Shown: positions 1 to 11,937 of the stretch, piece by piece
Layout: each line of letters begins with the position of its first letter
Numbering within the stretch: the first letter of the stretch is position 1
Origin: Leptogorgia sarmentosa
Taxonomy: Eukaryota
NCBI GenBank assembly: GCA_964658305.1
Contig: OZ210885.1
Coordinates: forward strand, 2,046,001-2,110,000
Length of the DNA: 64,000 nucleotides
Direction: 5' to 3'
Program-made: the position numbers and the translations under genes
The notes under the pieces: generated by a model
What the model was told of the DNA's origin: nothing
The model's database searches: none
Seen by the model: only the letters and a program-made list of their open reading frames with translations

Positions 1-230
1 TTTGTGTTATTTTTCTCCGCTTTTAATGTAAGCAGCATAAATTAGTTTACGTCATAGTCTCATATAACTTTCAATTATATACGACATAATTACGTCATAA
101 TGTCGTATATGTGTTTTATCGAGCAGATATGACGAATTCACCCACTGCTCTTAACCAATCAAAACTCTTGAATTATAATGAATAAATAATATTGAATAAC
201 ACGGATCACATCAGTTCATTTATGCACAGA

Positions 231-628
231 CAGGGTTGTCCCAGAAAAAACGGAACCCGTATAAATGATCATGGAATCCGAGAGCACAGAAATATCAAGC
301 TCACAAACTAATGTGAATAATAATTATCATAAATATAAAAATTAAGGCCAAATGGTAAACCGCCCTCTTGCAAACGCTCAGAACTGCGGGCCGATGACGA
401 AACACGCGGGCCGTAAATGCATTTGCAGCCCTGCTTACTATTGGTCGAGCGAACATCACGCCATTCCCTTTGACCAATCAGAATCCGGAAGCCAGTGGCT
501 TGGAACCAGTGGCTTACTACGCGGGCCACAAATAGACAATATGGCCTCATAAAGTCGTATTACATTATTGTGAATAAAAATTTCATTGAATGCATATGCA
601 GGTTCCGTTTTTTGGGGTGGAAACCTTG
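231..628. mobile_element. Degenerate Tc1/mariner-like MITE
   Basis: Imperfect terminal inverted repeats CAGGGTTGTCCCAGAAAAAACGGAACC / GGTTCCGTTTTTTGGGGTGGAAACCTTG, followed by TA on the right. No coding capacity. Confidence 0.5.
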
Positions 629-3374
629 TATAATCCCGTCGAAGACTAAAGTTTTTGAAATTGCATGATATCTTCCAAAAATTAAAGACTTCAAATCACA
701 TATCGCAACTCATAAACCAAAATTTAATTTAAATCTTTCTGTATGCTATACTCGTGACACTCTACATGCGATTATTTCTTTCCGATGCACAATTGCCCTT
801 GTAGACTTTTATTTCGAAGTTCTGACGGACAAAGAGGCCTTTGTCTTATGATAATGATAATGCTTGAAAATATGTAAACCTCTTAATCTTTCTTCTCAAC
901 ACAATACCGTTGTGTTAAGCACTTAAGCATCTTTGTCTTGCACTTATCATTTCAGTTTCCTGTGGTGAAGTTAAATGCACTTACCTTACTAAGCTATTTT
1001 CATTTTGAAACGAACATAGAATGAAACAGGAAATGTTATACACTGTTCTTAATTTAACGATGCCTGAAGTAGGATTTTTCATAAAGAGGGAATAGTAACC
1101 TTTTCGCTAACATATTAGAGGGAATAGTAATCTTTAAGTAAAACTGGAAATATGCAAGGAAAAACTGTCGCTAGCTACTACAAGGGAAAACTGAGGTGTT
1201 TGATCGGTATATTTATTAAAACTGATCGGGAAATTGACCAGAAAAATTTAATTCGTCGATAAAATGTGAGGTCTACATGTAAACACCCGCCGTATATAAC
1301 ACTCATTTCAGAGCATTGCACATTCTGCGACAAAAACTTTATTAGAACAAAATTTCATTCTAAATTTTAAGTGTTGTGGATAAACATTTTCCTTTTCACC
1401 TTAGGGTGATTGCTAATAACAATAGAACATGCACGGACACGTTGGACTGCAAGCCACAATCCACCGATCGGTTCAGATAAATTACATTGTAATTTGAGCA
1501 AGTTCCCGATGTAAAACCATATTAGAGTCGTAGACTAGACCATGCAAAATTTATATAAGTGGGACTTGTAAATTAAAGTATGAGTGGCGTATAAAGATTT
1601 GACATTTACGAAATACTTCAAATTTATGAGGTTGAATATACATTCCCGCACGTAGAAAGAACCCAATTGACTGACCACAAAATTGCTTAGTAATGACTTT
1701 CCAGAATTTCAACCCAGTTCATTTTATCCTACATATAAAACGAAGTTTGAAGGCCCCATTTACGGAGTTGCTACTTTAGCTACAACTTCTCCTGTGATTT
1801 TCTCCTTAGGTGATGTGAACGAGTATACTTGCACTCAGCAAAATTAATTCGATATTATTCGATTCATTTACATCTGACCAAACAGAAGACAAATAAATTT
1901 AGCTCACAATGCTGAGCATTGCATGGGTATGTGATGAAAATAATACACCTGTATAGACTTTAGAAATCCGCTTCGTGTCGCTTTGCGGTATGTGAATTAT
2001 TTGTAAATTTAATTTCGTAAATATTCTGAATGACTTCGCATACCCCAAAAATTCAAATTTAGCACGTTCACATGTAGGAGCGATTTGGCTTCAATTTCTA
2101 ATGCAGTTACACACCTTTTGCATGACGAATGTAAACGAATGTTCAGGTGAGGAAGTACGCACTCAGCACTTTCGTTATTAAATAAAATTCCGCACTTATC
2201 ACATTTATCACATCTATCAAAACCGAGAATTAAAATCGTAGCAAAAAATCGCTCGTGTGAACGGACCTTTAGATTTGAAATAATGGATCGGACTTTGGGG
2301 GAGGTGGACGAGAAACAGGTTATTCGAGGAAAACAGTATATTATTTTTAACTATACATGTCGTGCTTACATGATTCACTTCAATGAACAAGAATTGCAAA
2401 TATCATTACGACGCTAAAATAATAAAATAACATTATGTCGACTTTATTATGTCATGACTGTACAGTATTATAATCTAACACCAGCATTAAAACGTTTATT
2501 CAAGATGGAGAAAACACATGTATACTCTCAATAATATGTTTAATGATAAGTATTAAGCAAAAAATTTGAAACTATCATCAAGAATTTTGCTATCAGCAAG
2601 ATAACGTTAACTGTATTATTTACTTCAGATAAAGGAGAATGAATTACCATCATATCAAAAATAAACCAACTATTTAAATATACAAACCTGCTATATCATT
2701 TTCATTTGCTGAAACATACACGATTAAGGAAATCCATGTGTAAACCAGAATGTTTCGCCGAAACATTTTGTCATGCGAAATAATAAAATCACTTCGGATT
2801 TTGCCCGTATAGAATGCGATGCAGTCTATGCGACGAGTGTAGCGTTATGAATTTGATTAATTCAAATTTAGGCAGCTCAAAAACATAACGTATTTCCGTT
2901 CAGGCAATTATTTTTCAACAATAAAGATTTGAAGTAAAAATTTTAATAGTTCACATTTTTTAATAATACTGAGGAGTGAGGAGGAGTTATCACGCGATCT
3001 AAGAAAAAAAAAGCAAATATATATCTTGTAATAATTTATTGGATCATAAACTACAAAATGAATATTTATGCTTTTCAACTCAGGCGAATTCATTTCATTA
3101 ATGAAAGTGACAGACATGTACGCCAAAGAAACATACCAAGAATATGAATTTTGGGGTCAAACAAGATTAGAATGAAGCTCATAATGGCATTTGGTTTTCA
3201 ATATGAAGTCAAAAACAATTTGTGGGTGGCGAAAATTAAACCATGTCTTGCCCTCAAGTACATTTTAGTGGCGGTGACTGTTCTCACTGCCCCCTATCCC
3301 TCCCTCACAACGATTCCGCCGCCCCTGATTGATAAAATAAATAGTATATTTACATGACATTTCTTTTACCACAG

Positions 3375-3508
3375 ATTTTGGAATACTTAATTATGAATAA
3401 AAATTCCAACGTTGGCTTTATAAAGCAGCTTTGGTAATGTTTTTCCTTCAAAATTCTCTGGTCTCATTGCTTGGCTCGAATATTGCCGCGTACAAAGTAT
3501 TGACCGTT
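3375..3508 (+). pseudogene. Decayed duplicate of the last exon (6891-7020) of the membrane-protein gene
   Basis: Same acceptor context CACAG|ATTTTGGAATACT and colinear similarity to 6891-7020 through GCCGCGTACAAAGTATTGACCGTT. Has an in-frame TAA after FWNT and is truncated. Confidence 0.8.
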
Positions 3509-5797
3509 TTTAACAGAATTTATAAACTGGAGGGGCCAAGGAACCACCACCGCCTATGATGCCCCCCCCCCCCCCAACTGATTATTCGCCGGATAAAATA
3601 TTACCATCAGGGACACTATAGACGCCTCTAAATATAAATTCTACTTGACTTTGCCCATACTGTAGGAGGAGCTCAAAGATGTTTTATGGTAAACGTATCC
3701 GTTGCGGTTTTCCTTCAAGATTAGATAATTGTCAGCAAGATCGAAATTGTCCCCTTAACAGTAGCTATTGCCACGTTGCTAGCTACCTCATAAAACATAA
3801 TTATATATATGTATTATCATGTATTATAGCAGTCCAGCTTACTTTGTAAAGTATGCGATAGCCTAGACTATTGATTATCATCATATTTAATTGTAATATT
3901 GGAAATTTTGAATTTAAGACATGATTATAATTATACCATAAACTGTTATGAGCAACAGAATATCATTCAACATTCATGCTTAATGTTATAACAGTCATTA
4001 TTTACCTGCTTTATAATGCATGTTGGCCTTATTTATATTGGAGGACCACTTTAACGTCTTAGACGACCTTAACAACGTCGATCGTTAAAGTCATCTAATA
4101 TGAATACGGGAAAAATGGAAGTCGAATTAAACGTCTGGACGAATTTGTTGTTAAACAGACGACTTAATCGTCTTGGACGTTGAATTGGTCCAGTATCAAT
4201 ACAAGACAACGCAAAACTGGACATATATGTGCATTATCGTTGTCCGTCTTTATTTTCGTTCATCCCGTATTTATATCACTCAGTCACACTTAACACAAGA
4301 CGTTAATTTTTTCCAAACGTTTATAAAGTACTATAGTCTTCTAATATCAATACGGCCAATGTCATGCATGCACAGTATAGTCTAGTGAATGCTAGCTCCA
4401 GAGAGCAAATCAGCAAACATACCATTTCATGATTTTATATGAATTAATTAATGTTTGCATTTAACAAGTTATTTATCGTTTATATTAAACCACAACTTGA
4501 AAACAAAAAAATCCTGCATTAATTTACTAATAACATCTGTTCCATGCAATCATATTCTTAGAAGTGAAAAGGGGATTTCCCAAACGTTATCGTACGTATA
4601 CAATTCTTGATAAAATAACGAATGTGTCTTCTACAATGTGAAATTTCATCACAAATGATGCATCAAAACGAATTGGAATCGGTGAGTCAATATGTTATTT
4701 CATATCTTTCATTTGTTGGTACATAATTGAAACCTAAATAATTGAAATTTGATGATCATGAGGTATTCAAAATATCTTGTCGACAATGAATCGTCTCGTC
4801 TGTAGAGGCCCTCGCGGTTATTATCCGCTCATATTTTGGTGCTATAAGCCTGTATTTCCATGCGCATGTTGTTGATGTATCTCTGCGGATCAGAACTAAA
4901 GGTTAGCAATAATAAGTTCGGCCGTACGTAACATGACGATATTAGGGACGTTTAGTTTGTACTAGATTGTATGATGACAAGGCGGTAAAGCGATATAGCG
5001 TTGGTCAAAACAAACTCATTCAATTAAATGACTTTCCGTAAAATTATCGTCCATTACCGGTAATGTATGATTTAAATGAAATTTTAACACGTTAAAACAG
5101 AGGCGCAGTTTATTGTTATATTAATTGTTATACTTACAGCTTAAAAGGCGCCCATACGTTGTTTGCCGAGTATCACCCCTCGATTCTTGCCAAATGCTAC
5201 AGTTGTACACAAGGCATGAAGGTTTTCATAAAGCAGCAACGGTCTACTCACTACCTAAACGATACAATATAGAGCCGTAGCCACTGCAGAAGTGGACGGG
5301 GGGGGGGGGGGGGGGGGGGCTGCATCGTACCAAAATTGAACGAATTTGAGACTCTCTGATCTATAACCGGACGAATTCGCGACCTGAGAAAAATGTCTGA
5401 TTTTTCACCCACCGGTTTAAAATTCCTGATTTCACTGATTTGTCAAGGGCGTCAATCCTAGGGGGGACTTAATTGCCCCCCCCCCCCAGTTTTTTACTTG
5501 TGGGGACTACTATATAATTGTTCAAATGTTACCAACAATGGTGGCGCCTCGTCAGCTTCGTCCCCCACTATCTGTCAGCCCGCCAAGTCAAATGTCGTTC
5601 CGCAGGTCCTGTCGGGCAAACAATATTTTGCCCACCCCCCCCCCCCCCCCCCCTCCCAAACATGTACCAGATATGTCCCGTACGCCCATGTAACGGGGTT
5701 AGCCATGAACAATTTACTGTACAGTACGTCATAAAATTATTTTTTCACTATAAAATGAATAGCTATAATATACTCTTGCTTAATATATTTTCTACAG

Positions 5798-7284
5798 CAA
5801 CCAATATTTGGTGGTCGGTGGTCGTGGACATTACGATGGGCTATGGTAATTTGCTGTTCCCGATTCAAATACCTCTTTTTTCTCACAGCACTTCTTGGCC
5901 AATTTCTTGGACTAATCCTGTTCACCATTTGGGCGGCTGATTGTTTCTTTCGAGAGTTTCGCACAACACCAAATTGTCAAGATTTTTCTCTTTTTCCAAT
6001 GCCAAAGTTGTTGGAGTTTTTCTGGCTACTTAGCAGCATTTTGGTTTCTCTCTTCCTTATTTACCATGTTGTCTTCCATTCACCAAAATTTTATGGGGCG
6101 CGAAGAATCATTCGCCATTTAATTAAGAAGAAATATTTCCACAAGATTATTTTCGTACTTTTGGCTGTTGTTTCGTATGATATCTATGTGATGTCAAGCA
6201 ATCCACAAACATGGAAAACATTGTCATATGTTTCATTCATCATGGAGAAGTCCTTGACAGTTTTGCTCATGTTCCTGTTGAATTTTTTATCAAGGTACGT
6301 GTTGGTGTCTTATCTTAGTCTAGTCAAACTCGTAATCGTATGGTTTCATATTTGTTCAATACTCATGTACTATTTCTTATTATTTGATTATAAGGATTAA
6401 ATACAAAAATAGTTTAAAGTATGAATCAAGTAAATTTAATTTATAGTCCGTTTACACTTGCAAGTTACAACTTTCGCTGCGATTTCTAGTGCGATTTTCT
6501 CCTTTTGAAGGATTTGAACGAAAAAAAACAGTTACGAATGTTAAGATGAGGAACACGAAACCGTCTATCAACTTTTGAGCATTTAAATTTCGCGTGTAAT
6601 CCTTTTTTTTGTTAGAAAAGACACACCGCCGTTGATTTTGAATATTGAAATGTCAAACGTTTTATATAAGTGGAAATGATAGCATGATTTTCAAAGTGCA
6701 GTTTGGGTGCATAAAACTTGCACGAGCGAGTTGTATTCCAAAGATCATCAAAATATGCCGTATTCAGGTCTGCTCTTAAATCGGAAAGAATTTTTGACAC
6801 TTCTGCCTGGCTAAGCTTTCAAATTTAACATTAATAGTACAAGATAAATAATGTAGTGTTCTGACCGGCAGTATTAATTTTTCGTCACAGATTTTGGAAT
6901 ACTGGTGAATCAAGATTCCAACGTGTGCTTTATAAAGCAGCTCTGATTATGCTTGCACTTCAAAATTATCTGGTTGCATTGCTTGGCTCGACAATTGCCG
7001 CGTACAAAGTATTGACCGTTCCCGAACAAGAGGGCAAGTCAGATAAAGTACATCCTGGAGTAAAGTCAGTTGTAGGCTTGATGCTTTTAATTACCAACAA
7101 CGGATTTCGTCACTTCGTCGCTGAATTCTTCTTATCAAAAATTTTTGATGAAAATTCGGATATATTGGGTGGTAAGACGCCGATTGAAGAAATTTTTGGT
7201 GGTCAGGAAGTTGAGATCGAGACACCATATGAAAAGGAACATCCCTCTTCCCACAGGATGGTTGTAACCCCCACACCAGAATAA
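5798..7284 (+). CDS. Uncharacterised multi-pass membrane protein (exons 5798-6294 and 6891-7284; 5' exon(s) not identified, or start at ATG 5843)
   Basis: Acceptor TCTACAG|C at 5797, donor AAG|GTACGT at 6294 and acceptor TCACAG|A at 6890 join ORF 5843.. and ORF 6925.. in frame (~296 aa). About 6-7 hydrophobic segments and an acidic C-terminal tail. Confidence 0.75.
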
Positions 7285-7773
7285 GAAAAATCATTCGAAT
7301 ATGCAATTTTATAATCGCGGCGATAGAATTCCAAATGCAAAGAAAAAATATTTTCAAAGGAAGGGGAGTTTCTCTGAAAAAGCCATAAAATTAATTTTGA
7401 GAAACAACCGAAAAAAGGAACGTTCATTCGTAAAACTAAGAATATATCAGGAGGTCAACACCTAATATTATTATCTGAAGGGAAATTTTAAATAAAAATT
7501 AATTGGTTTTTGACTTTTACTTCCTTGAGTTCACGGCTGACGGCATTTCCAACACAAGTGAGGATTGTGTGAATGTGAAAAATGGATGAATTGTTGAAAC
7601 TAATTAATAAATACAAAAAGAAAATTAATCGAGACCACGATTAAAAGCGCGCGTTCGCCAACCAAAATCCTACGAGGCTTTAGCCATGTATACAATTGCA
7701 TTCATTTGTGTATTGTATAGGTACTTCGTTCCATAAATTTAATTAAGAAAGTGTCACATTGTTCACGTTGTAG

Positions 7774-8277
7774 GTCGCAAATTCGATGACTTGAGCCGCA
7801 GAGGTTTAATAAGTAGCAATGGAATCCTGTACAAATATCTCTCAGACGTTATTGAAACATTCTACGATCGATGTCATGTTTATGATCGCGAGGTTGTCGA
7901 ATTCTTTAACACTATCCGTCACTTAGGCGGCAGGCGAACCGTTGATTTTTTCCGGGGATCTACGAACATTGCACAAGGGAAAAAAAGGCTCGATGCAATC
8001 CAAGTATGCATGGAAAATGAACTTTGGAGGACCTTCAGAATCGTTATGAAACAAAGAGCAAGCAGGTTATACTGTGAAATCTGGTGTTCTCAAGCCACTT
8101 TCACTGGTTCAGTTAGCGCTGGCTACGAGTAACAATCAAACAGCTCCTTTTATTGCATCTGACATTGTTCGTGTAATTCCTTGTGAAATAAGCAATGATG
8201 GGAATGCAATTAAACCAAGTATCGAGTTCGATTCAAGACTTTCAAGACTGATTATTTTAGTAGGTAAGTCAAATTAA
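7774..8277 (+). pseudogene. Frameshifted DDE transposase relic, P-element/THAP9-like (copy 1)
   Basis: Overlapping ORF pieces ...VVEFFNTIRHLGGRR...GYTVKSGVLKPLS...VIPCEISNDGNAIKPSIEFDSRL. The last motif resembles the first catalytic-Asp block of P-family transposases (hhhDxxxIKxxhxY/FD). Superfamily is tentative. Confidence 0.5.
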
Positions 8278-8837
8278 ATAAAACTGCTACTTACTAAAGG
8301 CAACCCCCGAATTACAAACGTATTGTAGTTCGCATAAAATCCAGGAAGGTTTCTTCACCAAGTAAATCTGATGTGCCAATGTCTTAAGGGGCCTAAAGAG
8401 GTCTAAAGAGTGGCCCATACCTACGATTTGTAGCTTCCGTTATCCTTAAGCGTCAATCTTGGGGTCTCTTTTGCCAATGCGATGTAACACGAAGTTCATC
8501 CGTATGACTATCCCTCCTTCATAGCATTTTTGAATGCTTCAAATATACTTCGTAGAAAAGGGGATGATCGTTATTGCTTTATTATGTGGAAAACATGGCA
8601 GTAACGGTTATACAACAAACCCATGGGTGGTTGACGGAACAAGAGGAAAAAAATGCGCGGTTTGCGGAAATACTGCCCCCCCCCCCCCCCCCCAATAATA
8701 GGCCCCCCACAATAGAAAGCACATTAATCGTGTGCTAATCGAAAAGACTTCTGAGTTGTTGGTCAGTTGATTTATTAACCTGTCATGATTAGTATAGCTA
8801 CATGAATTTCAGTGGGAAAATTTTGTCTGTTGCCATA

Positions 8838-9738
8838 TTAATATTTTTGGCAAAGAGCGACATAGCGTTTCTCACAATGTCGGTCGTTGATGCCGTCCCA
8901 TTCCCTGGACATCTCCATGCAGTTTTCTTCGCCGCCATCTTCGTTGGCTACGTTACCCAATCCGTCATGGTCTCTCAGCTTCACATCGCCTATGTTGATT
9001 ATGGAAAGGTTGTATTCCCAGAACCATTGTCCCTCACATATCAAGTCTGTTCCACCAATCCAGATTTGGTTGTTGTGCAGGTCTGAAGATATTAGGAAAA
9101 TAGGATAAGAACACAGAATATGTGTCAAATGTGACAACAATCTTTGTTGACTCAATCAAGGACGTTTTTATTTATTGGTGTCATTTAAAATGTACGGTTA
9201 AATGGTGAAACGCTCAGGAACTGTCATGTAATGTAGATGTTTTTCGCTATTGTATTATATCATACCTGTGTGCATGAAGTGTGAAAGGTGTGTAAATATC
9301 CAGCAAAACTTTAGGCTTTTACAAAGTAAGTAAACCCAAAACACACAAAACAGGTTTTTCATTTTGTATGCAAACTATGTTTTTGACATAACTATTATGT
9401 ATCATTATTGAGATATAAAAATTAATAATAGTTTAGAGACAGAAAACACATTTTTGAGAATTAAACGATTGATAAAGGACATCACAAACCCAAGTTAAAA
9501 AGTATACCTTTGGTGTCGGTTACATAAATTATTTTCTGCACAGTATGTCTGTAGAAAAGAAAATGCTACACGTACTGAGTTGACGAATGACGTTAGCCCT
9601 CAAGCCGTTGAAGTCAGATACTGTTGCCACAGTGACCAATCCCCAACCAACACCAATTTTGTGGCAGGCAGCACGCTGGTCAGACCACGATCTCTTGGTT
9701 GTGATTCCCTGATACTCAACACCATTATAGGTCAAAGG
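8838..9738 (-). pseudogene. C-type lectin domain gene, copy 1 (exons 9738-9576, 9082-8838); probable 1-bp frameshift
   Basis: CTLD motifs WSDQRAAC, WIGGTD, EENC, INDRHC...C with GT-AG intron. The exon starts AG|CCTTTGACC versus AG|CCTTGACC in copies 2 and 3 (one extra T). Confidence 0.75.
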
Positions 9739-10517
9739 CTGTTGAAATAAAACATGAAGTAAAGGATGTATGAAAATAAAACATTAAGTAAAACATATAT
9801 GAAAATAAAACAGTAAGTAAAACATACATGAAAATAAAACTTTAAGTAAAACATATATAAAAATAAAACATTGAGCAAAACATATATGAAAGCATAAGTA
9901 AAACATATGAAATCATTGAAAACATTGAGTAAAAGAATTGCGTGCCACCAATCCCCTCCCACACTTGATTTTGCTGTTGATTGTACATCCACGACAGGTA
10001 ACTAGAACAGCTTGATCGAGTGTCGTTGCCATAAAAATATTGTCATCAATTATTATTACGTTTGGTTTACAAAATGGAGCGGATTATTTATTATTCCATA
10101 AAAAAATACATGTCTTGAATGTTATCATATGTTGGATTGCTTCAAAGCCATGCAGTTAAGTTAACAGGCAATTGCCAAATGAAAAATTTAATTAATTCTA
10201 AAGCTGATTATGTTCACTTACCATCAAGCTTAAAGGGCAGAACAAGCAAGACAGCCAGTAGAACTTGCAACATATTTCCTGATATTTTGGCAGAACTATA
10301 TAATGTTCAGAAAAAATATTATTGGCGATTATCATTTCGTAATTATTATAGTTTTTTTGCTGCAGCGTGCCAGAGAATTCAGATGTTTTCAATTTTAAGA
10401 CAAAAATCATGCTACAAGTGGGTAAAAATAAATCATACAGTATACGTGGACTTTACATCAACAGAACTCACGTCTAGGGATTGAGCTCATGTAGCTAGGG
10501 AAACACTTGCCTTTGAT

Positions 10518-11937
10518 AAGTTGTTGAACAAGGCTACCACCTTCGCGTCCGAATTCGATGAGATCACGGAAAAGGAAAGACACATCATAATCCAAGCTAA
10601 AAACTCTTTGCTATTCAGCGAATCCGAAGCTTAGCGCAAGAAAGAAAATAACAACTCCAATTTTGACGTGACAATGGGAAGCTACGACGGAGCAGAAACT
10701 TGCGAACTGGTGGGATCTTACCTACTTTCACAACTACCAACCGCCTACAGAAGAGACATTGGCTTATACCGCGACGATGGTCTTAGCGCGTTTAATGTAC
10801 CACCCAGAAAGATCGAAAACATCAAGAAAGAAATTTGCAAAGTCTTCAACGACAACAAGCTCAAACTGACCATCGAAGCCAACAAGAAATGTGTGAACTT
10901 TCTAGACATTACCTTTGATTTAAGATCCGGCACCTTCAAACCTTACACCAAACCTGGAAACGTCCCACAGTATGTCAACATACACAGCAACCACCCTCCG
11001 TCCATTCTACGTAGAATCCCCGATACCATCAACCAACGCCTCTCACGAATTTCATCCGACAAAGAATCATTTGATTCAAGCACACAACCACACCAAGAAG
11101 CATTAAACAAAAGCGGCTACAACTATACCTTACACTACGACCCACAACCAACACCAAAACCACACCCTAGAAAAAGAAACATCACCTGGTACAACCCCCC
11201 ATACAGCTCAAACGTCAAAACCGATATCGGACACAAATTCCTAAAAGCAATCGATGAATCCTTCCCAAAAGACCACCCACTAAATAAAATCTTCAACCGG
11301 AACACATTAAAGTTAAGCTACAGTTGTATGCCAAATGTACAAAGCATCATTTCAACACACAACAAAAGCATCCTATGCAAAGAAGCCAACAAGAACACTA
11401 ACCCAGTTAACAAATGCAACTGCCGCAAGAAAGACACCTGCCCACTGAAAGGAGAATGCCAGACAAAAGGCGTTATTTACCAGGCCACCGTGACAAACGA
11501 GACAACTCGATACTCGAACCACACCAGCTCTTTCCGGAACAAAACAAAGAGAAACGCCACGGAACTAAGCAAACACATCTGGAAATTAAAAGACTCTAAC
11601 ACACAGTACACCATAAGTTGGAATATCCTAAAACACTCTCAACCCTACTCTAACAAAACAAAACGCTGTAACCTATGCCTATCCGAAAAACTTACAATCA
11701 TCTGTCAACCCGAACTAAGTTCCCTAAACAAACGCAACGAACTCGTATCCGCTTGCCGACATCGCAAGAAATTCCTATTACTGTAATATGATAGCATATC
11801 CATCTCTTCTATATATATTCTGTTACGCTGTTGTGATATTTTATTATTTACCTGAGGAGTGTGGCAAGTTCAACTTGTCATACGAAACAGTTCTGTAGTA
11901 AATTTTCGATGAAGTAACTTGTGTTTCTCAATTTATC
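10518..11937 (+). mobile_element. 5'-truncated Penelope-like retroelement (RT plus C-terminal GIY-YIG), inactive
   Basis: [34 protein letters not shown], Cys linker [23 protein letters not shown] and CNLCLSEK...LNKRNEL. Premature TAG near 10632, and the YIG half-motif appears deleted (VTNETT^RYSNH). Confidence 0.92.
11846..11903 (+). ncRNA. Type I hammerhead ribozyme in the PLE 3' UTR
   Basis: Stem I ATTTAC/GTAAAT, core CTGAGGA, stem II GTGTGGCAAG-TTCAA-CTTGTCATAC, GAAA, short stem III CAGTTCTG, and GTA cleavage triplet (cut after 11897). Confidence 0.85.

Larger units (their letters stand above)
7774..10517. repeat. Inverted segmental duplicate (segment A) of 16628-19302 and 23437-26178
   Basis: Near-identical reverse complement. 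Homology starts at GTCGCAAATTCGATGAC and ends at CACTTGCCTTTGAT, exactly where a Penelope fragment begins. Confidence 0.95.

Noticed and set aside
5280..5735. Proline-rich ORFs 5498-5734 and 5518-5940
   Set aside because: They arise from poly-C runs in MITE-like fragments upstream of the real acceptor at 5797.
8802..9108. Plus-strand ORFs opposite the lectin exon (and equivalents at 18037-18343, 24837-25143)
   Set aside because: Antisense shadows of the CTLD exon.
10119..10484. 121-aa ORF, with shorter versions at 16770-17018 and 23579-23827
   Set aside because: Frame differs between copies and no motif was recognised; may be decayed coding DNA but cannot be supported.
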